A stretch of 64,000 nt of DNA. It comes from Mobula hypostoma (lineage: Eukaryota). Positions 50,063 to 63,512 of the stretch are shown in pieces. The DNA lies in contig NC_086097.1 of assembly GCF_963921235.1 (NCBI RefSeq), forward strand, positions 153,204,001-153,268,000, read 5' to 3'. The notes beneath the pieces are model-generated. The model worked only from the letters and a program-made list of their open reading frames with translations. It had not been told where the DNA came from and did not search any database. A program made the translations under genes and the position numbers. The stretch's first letter is position 1; each line of letters starts with the position of its first letter.

Positions 50063-52044
50063 TGATTAAATATTAAAGATGGACAATAAATCATGGTCTT
50101 GTCAGGAACACACATATCCCAAAAAGTGAATAAATAAAATAAGTCGGATAATTAACAACCGGTGCTTTCTTTAATTTCATTCACAATCTACAGGGCATGC
50201 TCAGAACTCAACACAATTATATGACAGAGGTACATATTGTGTTCTTTAAGAGAAATGTACATGAATGCTATGACATCAAAATAACATAATAACAGATAGT
50301 ATATCAAAATTACATTAGATCCTGAGTCTGCGATGGAGTAATTTCTAAACTTTTGGATAAATATCGCTCCAATAGGTTTCAAGAAGCCTAACATCATCTG
50401 AGACAAAGCAACCTGCTTGGCTGGCATTTCATCCACTACCCTAAGCACCATTCCGGCAATCATCAGAACAGCATGGCTGCAGTTTACCTGTGTACAATGT
50501 ATACTACAGTTACCCACCTAAGCTACTGCTACAATACCTTAATAATGCCCGAGCATAACCAGGAAGAATAGGGATAAACAGTAGAGACAGCTGAACACTG
50601 TCCTTTGTTAGGTCCCTCCATGTTGTGCACGACCATGACTCGGAAATGTTTTTCCTGTCTTCACTCTGGATTCAGCTCCTGGAAAGGCCTTTTCCACAAT
50701 AACCAAAGTGGTAGCCTCACAAAAAGGTCTGCAGCTATTTAAGAAGTCGCTCACGACCACCTTCTCAAGGGCGAACGGTGATTGGTAATAAAAACCACCC
50801 TTAGAGGGATGCTAACATCTTAAAGATTGAACAGAAAGAAACAACCTTGTAAAACCTTCTAGGAATTTTATACATATCAATGACACCAACCCTGTTATGA
50901 AATTATTGGTCACTGCATTTCTTTCATTGCATTTGGTGATATCAGTTAACACGCTGCAGACAGAGGATCAATCCTGGGACTGACCTATATAGTTACAAGC
51001 ACAGAAAGTAATTCATTATCTGGTTTGAAAATGGGGCTGTGGTTTGTTTCAATGCTTAGTTCAGCTGACAGGGCACACCTGGTACACAGGATATATATCT
51101 AAGCTGTGCACTAGCTGGATCTCAGCATTCATTACCTTTCCTCACATGGATGTAGACAAAATGTAATCCTTTCAATATTTCAGTGTCTTATTATGCAGCT
51201 GCTACACCATTGCCACTGTCTCACTGCAAGCAGGTTTTCAACAATTCTGAATAGAAATTGGAACAGGGGCAAAGGCTATCAGCCTCAAACAGCTCAGTAC
51301 TTTAAAGATGTGGATGCAATACCTCATGGCTTGCCTTGCACTTCATTGTGTTTTTATTCTAAACTAATAGGCTCTGATGGAAGATAACAAGAAGCAACAG
51401 AACAGATGTGCCATACAGGGAGCAGTATGTGGTACCGACAAATGTTTCAGCAGAGATATTGCCTTAATGCTTTGCACTGCATTGTTCCATTAATGCTCGA
51501 TAATTCAAGAAAATTCAATTCGACTGCAAAGAGCAGTGTAAAGGTTCTGCATTGTGAAATACAGAAGAGTTGAATAAACAAAAAAAACACACTATCAAAA
51601 GATTTTCTTTCCTGTTGTGGGTGAGTGACCTGAGTTTAAATTGGTTTATTATTATCACATGTACTGAGGTATAGTGAAAACTTTGATTTGCATCCATTTC
51701 ATCACATCATTACATTGAGGTAGAACAATTAACACAATACAGAGTAAAGTGTTACAGTTATAGGAAAGCACTGTGCAGGCAGACAATAAGATATAAGGCC
51801 ATGATGAAGTTCTTGAGGAGAAAAAAATAGATTACTAGAGATTAATAAAGCTACTTCTTAAATATCTGTAATACAAAAACAGAGAAAAAAAATGATGCCT
51901 GTACTTCTAGATTACATGTTGAAAACTTCAATCAAAGCAGGTCAGAAGAGCATTTTACTGGGAACTTTGAGTTAAATTAGCAGATTTTTCCTCAGAATTC
52001 TACAAGGACGAAAAAAAGCCATTGTTTTCAATCCCAGTCACAAA

Positions 52045-52172
52045 CTCATTCTGGCTTCCTCCCCTTTCTTTTTCACTTCTGATGAAGGGTCTCGGTCCAA
52101 AATGACAACTGTTTATTCCCTTCCATTGGTCCTGCCTGAGCCACTGAGTTTATCCAGCATTTTGTGTGTTGT
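52045..52172 (+). mobile_element. Old hammerhead-plus-tail PLE fragment
   Basis: CTGATGA AGGGTCTCGGTCC AAAATGAC AACTG at 52079-52111, followed by ...CTGAGTTTATCCAGCATTTTGTGTGTTG. Confidence 0.65.
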
Positions 52173-53189
52173 ACAAACTCCCTTTTGCAATCTATTCTTT
52201 CGCCCTTTCTCTGGTAAATGAGACTGAGACAGACTGCTTGCAATGTGGACAATAAATTTACTGCTCAAATAAACTTCTCGCCTCATATTTTTGAAATCAT
52301 TTTAACTGCCGCCTTCCACACTATACAGTTGTCTGATCTCTCCTGTTGCAGATAACCTGCTTATTTATTGGTGATTGTGTTTGCTGATCACTGAATTTTA
52401 TTTAGTGTTAGAGTAGATTCAAGGGACCAAATAGTCCACTCCAGTTCCTTTATCTTATTGATTTTATTTGTTTGTATTTTTATTGTTGTTACATTTAGAC
52501 TTGTCTGTACAACTAGTTAGCATCCCACCTTTCCATCCTAACTGAATTCTATGATTCTCATGAATGCTAACTGATCAGATCCCATTCACAAATTATATTT
52601 AGACTCATATACCTGCATTTGTAGCAGGTTAAACACAACTTTAGTTTTAGAATTACCCTCTTTGCTTTCAAAGTCCTCTGGGAATTTCCTGGAGCTTGCA
52701 TGTCTACCTGATCTCTGTAAATTCTAATAACTGTCTAAAAGATCTGCCTTCCAACAATTCTCTTGCTTTGAACGTCCATGTTTTTAAATCACCCAGCTTT
52801 TGGCTGCCTTGGCATTTCCTCTCCGAACTTGTCTATCTCTATTTACAACTTAACATGCTTCTTAACATCTCCATCTTTGACTAAGCGCTCAGACATATGG
52901 CTTGATGTGTTGTTGACACAAAGTTGTGTAGCTAGTTGGGCAGCACATTGGCACAGCTGTTACAGCTGCTGCCTCACAACTCTTGTGATCCAAGGTCCAT
53001 TCTGATCTCTGATGTTGTCTGTGTGAAAAGTATACAATGTATATTCTTCCTGTGACTGCATGTGTTTTTTCCTACATTCAGAATGTGCAGAAAGGTAGGT
53101 TGAAGGGCAGTTGTAAATTGCTCCTAGATTGCAGATGAGTAGATGTTGGTGAGAATTTAGGTAGAATAAAGTGGATTAATGTCATTAAC

Positions 53190-53703
53190 AACTCTACAAT
53201 AGGTAGTTAAAACTGCTCATTGCATCACTAGTACTAGCTTATCCACCGTCAAGGACACTTATACAGAAAGGGTGCCGGAAAAAGACCAGTAATATCATGA
53301 AGGATCCTACCCACCCAGCTGATGAACTACTTGTCCCAGTCCCTTCAGGGAAATGGCTACGCAGCATCCCCACCAGAACCACTTTAGTCAAAAATAGTCA
53401 CCTTCCCCTCCCCAAGCCATCAGGCTGTTCAACAGTTCTACCCTTAAACCCACCCCATCACTACTACATACACATCATCTAGTGTCATTTTATGTACAAA
53501 CAATCTGTCAAATGTACGTATATAACAGTTACTTGCATATTGAGTTTCATCGGATTGCTTTTATATTTACAAATGTTTGTATATTGATTATGTTTTTATT
53601 GCATTCTTTATGCTTGTTACATTTGTTTATGCCGCGTAGAATTTGGAATAGCTATCGTTTCATTCTACTTTTACTTGTATACTAAAGAATGACAACAAAC
53701 AAC
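53190..53703 (+). mobile_element. Rex1/Babar 3' fragment
   Basis: MKDPTHPADELLVPVPSGKWLRSIPTRTT motif; AATGACAACAAAC tail. Confidence 0.7.
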
Positions 53704-54502
53704 CTTGGATAAGCAGAAATAGGTGTTTGGTGGTTTGCTCATCTTTCCAAATGTCTCTGAATTTACTTCCTGTCAGCTTTTGCCTCATTGAACCTCACCA
53801 CTGAGTATTTCCCTCGAGGTACGGAAGCATAGGGGTACTGCACCAAAACAGTGAATCCAGTGAGTTGGACTAATGATCTAAAGGTGTGAATTCAAATTCC
53901 ACCATGGCACATTGAGAATAACTGCAATTTTAAAAAAATATACAAATATAGGAATTAAAAAGATAACTGTGGTAATGGCCTGGAAACTATAATTGTAGTA
54001 GAAAAGTCAATGAATTTCCTCATGACCATTAGCAAAAAATGTTTGCAAATTTTATCCAGTCAAGCCAATATATATTTCCACAGTAATGTGATTGACTCTT
54101 AACTGCTTTCTAAAATGGCTCTGCAAGCCTATCATTTTAAGGGCAATTAGGGAAGAACATTAACTGCTGATATGACCAACGTCACCCACCTGCTTTGAAT
54201 GAATAAAATATATTAATGACATTTTCCCCATACTGCAGACAGAGGCTTACAGACCAAAAATGTTAAGGTTGTTTTTATTTCTTTCTCTAGGGCTGCTTCC
54301 AAACTTGCCGAGTGTTTCCAGCATTTATGTTTCAGTATAACTGCAATCCACTGTCTCTAAGATGTGTAGGTTAGAAAAGAATGTGGCATAATGTTTCCCT
54401 TCAGTAAAATGCACAGTCAAATTCAGAAATAGATGGTACTGGGAAGTACAGTAAAACAATAAAGTTGTATAGCTTTTAACCTATGGGCTGTTCTATTATT
54501 CT

Positions 54503-56987
54503 TGTCCAGCCTGCATGGGCAGGCACCTCCCAGTCTCCACGCAGCTAAAAGGAGTCACTTGCCACTCATCACCCGCAACCTATTTAAACCTAGTTCTCAT
54601 CCTTGGTTCTTCTTCATCCATTAAACCAGCCAGATTCAATGAGTTGCTCCTCGCCTTCAATTACCTCATTGCCTTGTCACGTTAAGTATCCATTCTTTCT
54701 TATTTTGTGGCCCCTCATGGCTTTTCATTTTACAGGTTATTGTTAAACTGATCGCTCACCACTATATCATCTCTGCTGCTCTGCTTTTGGGTCGAACCTC
54801 CTGCACATTTCCTGATAAGATACGTGAATCAGCGATTGACCCAGTGGAGTTTGCTCACTTAAAGGAAGTTGTCTGCCGACACGAGTACACAATCCAGAAG
54901 CAGCAGGAAGCTATGAATCATCTGCTCACCACTCACAACAACTCTCATGTGGTTACAGCGACCCTACACCAGACAACCTCCTCCCTCGGAGCCCAGATTC
55001 CAGTGCCTGAGTGCTTTGATGGATCCCTAACCCAATGCCCTAACTTCCTGCCCCCATGTATCTTTCACTTCGAGCCGCAGCCATCCCTGAATTATATGGA
55101 CTGGCCAAGAATGCCTCCATTATCTCTGTCTTGACTGGACAAGCACTGATCTGTCCACCATTTACTGGACAATAGAAACATCTAATGCTGGAAGATGCCT
55201 ACCGACCTCGAAAGTTTTACCATTCTGGCCCTCTACGTTGACAAGTATCTTATCACCAATGCTGCAGATCACCATCCAGAACCCCAGATCTGTTCCCAGA
55301 ACCATTTCAGGCTACATGACGTAGAATCCTTGAAGCTAGGCAGAGCTGCTTTAATCTCCCAAGAGTGTACATGTTGGTGGAGAAACAACTTGTGTACTTA
55401 CTGTGGTGCAACTGATCACCCAGGCATCAAATACCCCCAATCTGGGAAAATGGCACCAACAGGCAAAGACGAGAAGCCTTCTATCTGGTAAGCTGCCCAG
55501 GCCCTCATTCCAGCACCATTACCTGACTCGCTCTCTCTCTGTCCTCCTGAGCAGACAGGGAGGCACACCCTTGTGTTTTCTTCTTGCATAAGTTCAACTC
55601 TAAACTGTGCCAACATGGAGTAGGAGACAGGGAGCTACTCATCATTAAATGGGCCCGAGAAGAATAGAGACATTGGCTGATGGGGAACACTGAACCCTTC
55701 TTGACCACTAGAACCTCATATCCATACAAAAGAACCACCAACTCAACCCATGTCAGGTTCACTTCTTCGAGAAATTGAACGTCACCATTTCCTACCAACC
55801 TAGCTCCAAGATCACTAAGATGGACACCCTATTATAACAGTTTGACCCAGCTGAAATGGAGATCAACACTCTATCCATTATTAAATACTCACAGATCCTC
55901 AACCCAATTGGTTGGATCTTAAGAACCAGACAATTGCAGCTGGCCACTGCATGTATGTGCCCAGAGGAGAGGACTTGGCTGATGTCCAGTTTCATCTTGT
56001 ATCCATTGCTCATTGAGGAGTTCCACTGGACTAATCTGGATTGTCCTGGGCCATAATGTGCCAGTTCTGGGGCGGGGAGGGGGTGGATGCTTTGTCAAGC
56101 CTGCACAGACAGGCACTTCCCTGTATCCACCCGGACAGCAAGAGTCACCTGGCACTCATTTCCAACTCATCATCTTGTCACAAATTCCTCAAAGACACGA
56201 CATCACGGCCACTCCCAGCCAGATCCTGCCTTGTCCACAGGATTCACGACAATGGAAATAAAATGGTTTTAAAGGCACTGACCTTCCTCCTCCGTAAAAT
56301 AAAATGCTGCACAGCCTTTTCTACCACTTTTAGCAGAGGCTATCTCATGCAGATCACTCTTTCTTGAACAAATTCAATAATGGTCGATCCTTTCCAAACC
56401 CGTTGAATGTCTCCTTCAGGCTCCCGTCTGCACTCTCCAATGTTACTGAAAAGATACATTAACAAACCTGGCAGCAATTGGTCAAACTGCCAGTCCAGAC
56501 TTCTGTACCTTACAATAGAACATAAAACTCCGTTTAAAATCAAAACTGCGTCATAATGCAAATACTCAGCAGAGCGGGGTATCTCAGGGACGTTCTAACT
56601 GGAAAAACTAACTGCGTCACCAGGGGTCTTCCCTTTTATACCCGTGGTAAACATGTCATCACGTGACCTCACATCGGTGGGAAAATTACATCAGGTGACC
56701 TCCAAAAGACCATCACATCATTCTCACAAGAAAGTCACAAGATCCCCATGAGGTATGTAACAGCCTGCAGCCTATTTAAACCCAACTCTCATCCACACAC
56801 AAACCATCCAGCCTCAACTAGTTGCTCCTAGGCTGTAGTTACCTTGTTGCTTTGCCATGTTAAGTATCTATTCCTTCTTGTTTTGTGGCCCCCATCGTGG
56901 TTTGTTATTTTGCAGTTTATCATTAAAGTGATTGTTTTGTCTCCACTGCTTTACATTTGGGTTAGGTCTCCTCTACATGTCCTTTCA
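54503..56987 (+). mobile_element. Internally deleted chromovirus-type (sushi-like Gypsy) LTR retrotransposon
   Basis: 5' LTR 54503-54817; 3' LTR 56093-56175 plus 56763-56987; TSD ATTCT/ATTTT; gag remnants (IPVPECFDGS..CPNFL..C.FHF..QP; zinc knuckle LCTYCGATDH), chromodomain end PEERTWLMSSFILYPLLIEEFH, PPT GGGGCGGGGAGGGGG. Confidence 0.85.
56176..56762 (-). mobile_element. Solo LTR nested in the 3' LTR of the chromovirus element
   Basis: Termini TGTCACA...TGTAACA, TATAAAA on the minus strand at 56634-56640; host LTR resumes at 56763; no clear TSD. Confidence 0.65.
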
Positions 56988-57226
56988 ATTTTAAACAATA
57001 TCGATGGGATCAATTACAATTAAATACTTCTTATATAATCACTATCAGTGATAATGTGAATAACTGTTGCTGTTAACGAAAGATCTCAACACCATCAAAA
57101 TTCTGCACTCTCCAGAATTGTTATACTTCACTTTGAAATGAAAGGGAGAAATGTTATTTATTGACTGAAAGGAAGATTTAACTTTATAGTGACTATGACC
57201 TTAATGAAATAATTAACTACCAACAG

Positions 57227-58096
57227 GTGGGAGGTGTTATGGATAGTGTGGAGGGCCGTCAAAGGTTACAGCGGGACATTGATAGGATGCAAAACGGGCT
57301 GAGAAGTAGCAGATGGAGTTCAACCCAGCTAAGTGTGAGGTGGTTCATTTTGGTAGGTCAAATATGATGGCAGAATATAATATTAATGGTAAGACTCTTG
57401 GAAGTGTGGAGGATCAGAGGGATCTAGGGATCCGAGTCCATAGGACACTCAAAGTTGTTGTGCAGGTAGACTCTGTGGTTAAGAAAGCATATGGTGTATT
57501 GACCTTCATCAATCATGGGATTGAGTTTAGGAGCCAAGAGGTAATGTTGCAGGTATGTAGGACCCTGATCAGACCCCACTTGGAGTACTGTGCTCAGTTC
57601 TGGTCACCTCACTATAGGAGGGATGTGGAAACCATAGAAAGGGTGCAGAGGAGATTTACAAGTATGTTGCCTGGATTGGGGAGCATGCCTTGTGAAAACA
57701 GGCTTAGTGAACGTGACCTTTTTTTCCTTGGAGCAACAGAGGATGAGAGGTGACCTGATAGAGGTGTATAAGATGATGAGAGGCATTGATCGTGTGGATA
57801 GTCAGAGGCTTTTTCCCGGGGCTGAAATGGCTAGCACGAGAAGACACAGTTATAAGGTGCATGGAAGCAGGTACAGAAGAGATTTCAGGGGTAAGTTTTT
57901 TACGCAAAGAATGGTGAAAGCTGCCGGCAATGGTGGTGGAGGCGGATATGATAGGGTCTTTCAAAAGGCTGCGGGATAGGTACATGAAGCTCAGAAAAAT
58001 AGAGGGCTATGGGTAAACCTAGGTAATGTCTAAGGGAAGGGCATGTTCAGCACAGCTTTGTGGGCCAAACGGCCTGTATTGGTGTAGGTTTTCTAT
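57227..58096 (+). mobile_element. CR1 3' fragment
   Basis: MEFNPAKCEVVHFG...LIRPHLEYCAQFWSP; TSD AACAG at 57222-57226 and 58097-58101. Confidence 0.9.
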
Positions 58097-59341
58097 AACA
58101 GTAATGCAATACTAAGCTTTGGTATTCACAGTTACTTGGTTGCATATTTGATGATGTGATCCCATACATTGTTGCAGTGGTTACACATAAAAGTGAACAG
58201 CTTACACTTAGCCACCCAGCTCACCACATTAACATCAACACTGGAGGAACTCACGGCGTTAAATAGGGGTCTATGGGGGAAAGATATTGTCAACTCTTCG
58301 GATAAAAATCCTAAATCAGGAAACCCAGCTCTCCAGCTGACATCCAGGCTAACCTTTTTCCCATCTAAAACTAATTGCAAATGACTGATTCTATTGATCA
58401 ATTGATCATTGATTTTATATGATCTTATTTGCCCATATTATGACTGTATAATTCTACGCCCTGCCTATTTTTAATGTCTGTGTAAATGCTTCTTTACATG
58501 TATCAATTATATCTAAATTAGGAGGAATAGAAAGGAAGCAATGTCCAAGTTCTTTGGCAGTTGTTCCAGATAAAAACCACTCCCATGTATAAAAAACAAC
58601 AGCCCTTCTGCTCTTCCAGATTAGGTCTTCAGTCTCTCACACCATTTTTCATTCAAAATTTAACACCTCCAATAGTGTATCATTTCCTCAGTACTACAGT
58701 GGCCTGGGATTTAAACCCAGAATCTTCTGAGTTATGAATGTAAGCACAGCTAACTAAGTTATAGCTAACACTACATTGACAACTTCCAGAAGGAAAAGAA
58801 ACAGAGATGGTGGATGAGGTACAAAAGTGGCCCCATTAATCTTCATAACCTTAGGACACCTCCATCCCTTGACAAATGCACTGGGTACAGGTTAATTGTG
58901 TTTGTTTCTTTGAGCCTCGTTGATAATGTCTCTTCTACAGTGCAGCTTGTTCACTGCCTAATCTATTTCTTCTTATGAATGTGAATGAGATAGTCACAAA
59001 AGATGAGGAAATTGTTGGGATGCTTGGCATCTATTTGTTGAGATGAGATGCCAAGCAGTTTGGACCACGCTGGTGATGAAATAAGAATGCATCTGAAACT
59101 ACATGTGGGAATTAAGAGAAAGAAAAGGAGCAAAGGCCACTGAAGTAATTACAGTAAAAATAGGCACAAGTGATTGTGATGTAGCATTCATTGTCAATAA
59201 TTAGTGTAAAATCTGCTGTATTAACTGCATGATGCAATAATTGCACCCACGATTCATGGGTTTTGATTAAAGAGGTGACTTGTAGATAGAGTTTATAGTA
59301 TCATCAATATCTGACTGATAATAACTGGATTATGTTATTGT

Positions 59342-60245
59342 TCATCCATGGTACAGCAACTAGATGAAAAAGTTAATTATGTTATAAATGAAACAGCGAA
59401 CACAGCCAATGCCATAAATTTAAATGTCAGAGTTCAAAACACCTTTCTTCCTGGTACAAGCAAAAGCCGACAAAACTAAGTAATTACATTCCACAAATCA
59501 ATGTCTTGTCTTTGTTGGACGTATTTGTTCAGGCAGTGTAATTATCAATTGTCCTAAGGGACCAGTTAACTGTTTAGCTACCAAATTGAAAAAGAACTGT
59601 AAACTCAAATGCAATATATGAAAAACTACTAAACTATCAGTCCATGATATATATTGTTTACAGTGGGATGAAGGATGATTTCCTTTTGCTGGTAATTTAA
59701 AAAGCAGCTCTGGCAAGTTGCTTCTTTCCCGATTCTAAGCTAAACACAGAACGTACTGGAGATCAATTGCCAGCACAACTGATCTCCTGTGCTGCCTGTG
59801 GGCTCATCACAGAGACCAAGGGCGGACTACAAAATTCTGAGCTCAGGACATTACATCCTAATCCTCAGCTTTATCCTATCACCAGAGTACCTTTCAAACC
59901 CCTCATTTGAAACGGATGGATAGAGTAAGGTATTAACACTTCAATAGTATTTTTATTAATTAACATACCATTAATACTAATTTATTGTTTTTATTTTTAT
60001 TCCGTTAAACAATTTCAATAGGTTTTAAATATTCTGAATAGCAGTCATTTGGAAAGTAGTTCCAAAGATCATTATCATCGCTAGCTCTCAAAAGGATATT
60101 TTAATACTCATCCACAGTGCAGCAAATAGACTAAAAAGTTAATTATGCTACAAATGAAACAGCAAACATAGCCAATGCCATAAATTTAAATGTCAGAGTG
60201 CAAAACACTTTTTTTTGGTACAGACAAAACTAAGTAATTACATTC
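59342..60245 (+). repeat. Dispersed direct repeat of ~140-150 bp (59342-59491 and 60108-60245)
   Basis: Shared AAAAAGTTAATTATG..A.AAATGAAACAGC.AACA.AGCCAATGCCATAAATTTAAATGTCAGAGT.CAAAACAC...GACAAAACTAAGTAATTACATTC. Confidence 0.9.
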
Positions 60246-61474
60246 TAAGGATATCAGGGTAGTGTGGGAGGTAGTTCTTGGCATCAGCCACTTGAGGCCT
60301 AATCATTACTCATGACTTGTTCTTCTTTGTTGGGCAAGTGCAGTATTGAGGCTACAAGCACAATTAGACACTCAGGACTGCAAAATGATTGTGGAGGCAG
60401 GAGAGCTCATTTGGAGAATCAACATGGTCTAGACAAATGAAATAATGATATAGTTTTTTTGTCCCTCCAAGTAAATTAAATATAACTGGCATCTCAAACT
60501 CCAAGAATTTGTATTTATATCTATGGCAATTTATATTATCAGAGACAAATTCTAACTCACACCCATGTACAGTACGTGTGCATACTTTATACATACTTTG
60601 AGTAACTGAAATGTACTTGGAAAATAAACAGTATGTCAAAGGTATTACTGTTGCCTAATAAATTCCTTCTATAAGAATTTGAAACTGAATTTAAAAAAAA
60701 AACTTTCCAGATTAATTGCTAGCAAACCTATAATTTCTTTGGTGTGTCTGGTTTGAAAGATATGTTATTTTGCTGATGAAATACATACAATACAATAATA
60801 TAAATTTCATTATTGTGATACTTGCATCTATAAATTAAAGACAAAAATAAGACAAAGTACATTTTGCTCCCTCCATTTGCCTCGAATAAAAGACGTTACA
60901 TTAATGTTCTTTTTTATATTACACCAAAGTTCTATGCATCAATAGTTTTCAATAGCTTTGGTTGCAAGTGCTGTGGAATTGTCTATAAAATTTGGAGGGA
61001 GTGCCAGAGGAAATCATATTTTATTTTTCTGGATGTTATTTTTATTATTTTTCATTTATAGGATGTGGGTGTAGCTGAGAAGGTCAGCTTTTACTGTCCA
61101 TTCCAGCAGCTGTTCAGAGGATTGTGGTGACCCGTTTTCTTCAACCACTGTAGTTCTTTATAATGGTACTGACACAGTGCTGTTGGATAGGGAGTTCCAA
61201 GACTTTGTGTAGGTGTCTAGACTTTCTTTTGTTGAGGTGACCATTAGAAATGTCATTTGCCAAATGTTACTGGATTTTAAAACAAAAAGAAAATACTAGT
61301 AACATTAAAAAAAACATTAAGTCTGGAAGAAACTCTGAAGGTCAGGCTGAATCAGTGAAGAGAGCAACATAGACAGCATTTCAAGTTACTGACCCTCATC
61401 ATAGGTTAGCTCTTGCTTTGTGGACATTAACATTTTATAAAGAGTTGTAAATAGATATTAAAATGAATCGTTAT

Positions 61475-62305
61475 TGTCACGGACCCCGTGACGGGATAAA
61501 GAACCAACAGAAATAGAAACCACTTTGGAGTCTCGTATTGCTATAAACTACTAATATTTATTGGTAACTACGCAATACAGTAATATAAATGTAAATAAAT
61601 CAAACAGGTTAGCAATGATTATAAATAAAAGTAAGTGTAGAATATATATGTATGAAAAACCAAGCTTCTTTAAGTCTAGGGGTAAAAAGATACGGTCTTA
61701 CGATGTTGAGTAAAGTTCAGTTCAGTTCAGTTCGTGGTATTTAGTTGAGTAGTGATGGAGAGAGAGAGAGAGAGAGAGAGTGAGTTGAGTCTTCAGGTGA
61801 GCTGATGCCGTCAATCTTCTCGTCGTCCTCCGAAATCCTTTACAAGTTACCGACTGTGACTTTAACCAGGGGGACCGGTTTTCCTGTGGTGGAGCTATCA
61901 CCCAGGCGAGGGTGGACACATAGACAACTCCCCACCAGTCAACCCCTTCTCCTCAAACTGGAATAGCAACTTGGATCAATCCGCCTGATCGATCCTCCAA
62001 AACCCACTTTCTCTGCGGGTACAACAATGCTCATTCAGTGTCCAGATCAAGTGTCCTGAGGTCTGTATCATCTGACCTCCCATTTATTTCACCAGGCTGA
62101 GCATCACCTGTCACTTAAAGAGTCCCTCCTTTCTTTGTCTGCAAAGGAATGCAAGCAGGCAACCTGTCCTTGAAGAAATATCGATAACCAGCCTTTGGTC
62201 ACCATAGCAACCTTCCAGCTGCTCAGTGCTGTCTCCAACTCCAAACTCAGTAAAAATCCAAAGTTACTTCCAATGCCTTAAAGTGACAGTCCAACCATTA
62301 TTCTT

Positions 62306-62341
<36 letters not shown>

Positions 62342-62458
62342 CCAAAAGCAACATATCGGTGGTAAATAACTCTGTCTCGCTCTCCTTTCTAAACAAACCA
62401 TCAATGATAAATGTCTCTCTCCAAACAGTTAATTGGGGTACTCCTGGATCTCCTCACA
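61475..62458. mobile_element. 984-bp solo LTR (Gypsy or ERV type)
   Basis: TGTCAC...CTCACA termini, perfect 4-bp TSD TTAT at 61471-61474 and 62459-62462; internal (GA)n and (TC)n tracts. Confidence 0.8.
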
Positions 62459-63329
62459 TTATCAACCTACATCCTCACTCCTGGCATTGGAAAGCAGCTC
62501 AATAATTAAGTATTTGAAAATGTTCGGCCTCGAACAACCACAATTAACATAATTGTGTGGTACATAAATCTAACTGTTGATGTGTTTTGGCTTTGAGGAT
62601 TTCTTGGTGCTACATTCAGTTAAATGTTCCCTTGATGGTAAAGACTGCCATTCTGAGTTCACCTCTAGACTTCATTCCTTTTATCCATGTCCAGGCCAAG
62701 GATGATCGATCTGAGTGGTCCCAGTGAAACCCAAAGTATCAAGAGCAAGTTTTTGATGATTAAGTGATCAAATGCACCGTCAGCAACAACTTCTATCACT
62801 TTGTTGAAGATTAAGAGTAGACTGATTAGGTTTAATTAGACAGTTTTGATTTTCCTTTTTTTGTGTGGTCAGAATGTTCTTGAGCAATTAATGAGAAGGA
62901 CAACTTTTATTGTCTATTCCAATGGGTAGATGCCAGAGTTATAACTGTACAGGAACAGCTTGGATGGAGTTCTTGAAGTCTCCTCCATTCTGTACTTCTT
63001 TAATTTCCCCTTACATTGAATATTGGATGCAGCAGAGTAGTGGGATTTTGACCCCTTGATTGTTGGATTTCTTCAATCCATCATTTATGTGTTGCTTTTG
63101 ATCTTCAACATGCCTGCTGTCCTGTCTTTCAATTTTGTTAATTTTGCACCTTCATTTTTAAGTACATTTAGTGTTGCTCCTGGCATGTTGCTCAACTGTC
63201 CTTCTTGAGTTTGCAGCATAAAGGATTTGAATAGGAAAGTACTGTGGATTGTGTCCACATGCCCTTAATCTCCCTTTTTTGATTCTTTTTGCCACTTTCC
63301 TAAAATAAGAGGTAAATTTCAGTGGATTC

Positions 63330-63512
63330 TTAACCTGCCAACATGCATTTGGAAAGTAGGAAAAGGAAATTAGGACTCAAAATAGAAGCCCAGGCAGTTA
63401 TGGGAAGGACATGTAACATGTAAACATGACACAGACAGTCACTGAGGTCAGGGTAAATTTCAAGACCCTGAAGTTGTGTGGCAGCAGCAACTGCTTTGTC
63501 ACTGTACCACTT
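63330..63512 (-). mobile_element. HE1-like SINE remnant
   Basis: AACCTGCCAACATGCATTTGGAA..., CACAGACAGTCACTGAGGTCAGG, TGTGTGGCAGCAGCAACT. Confidence 0.5.

Noticed and set aside
60364..60639. 91-aa ORF in unique sequence
   Set aside because: AT-rich, no domain similarity or splice support visible
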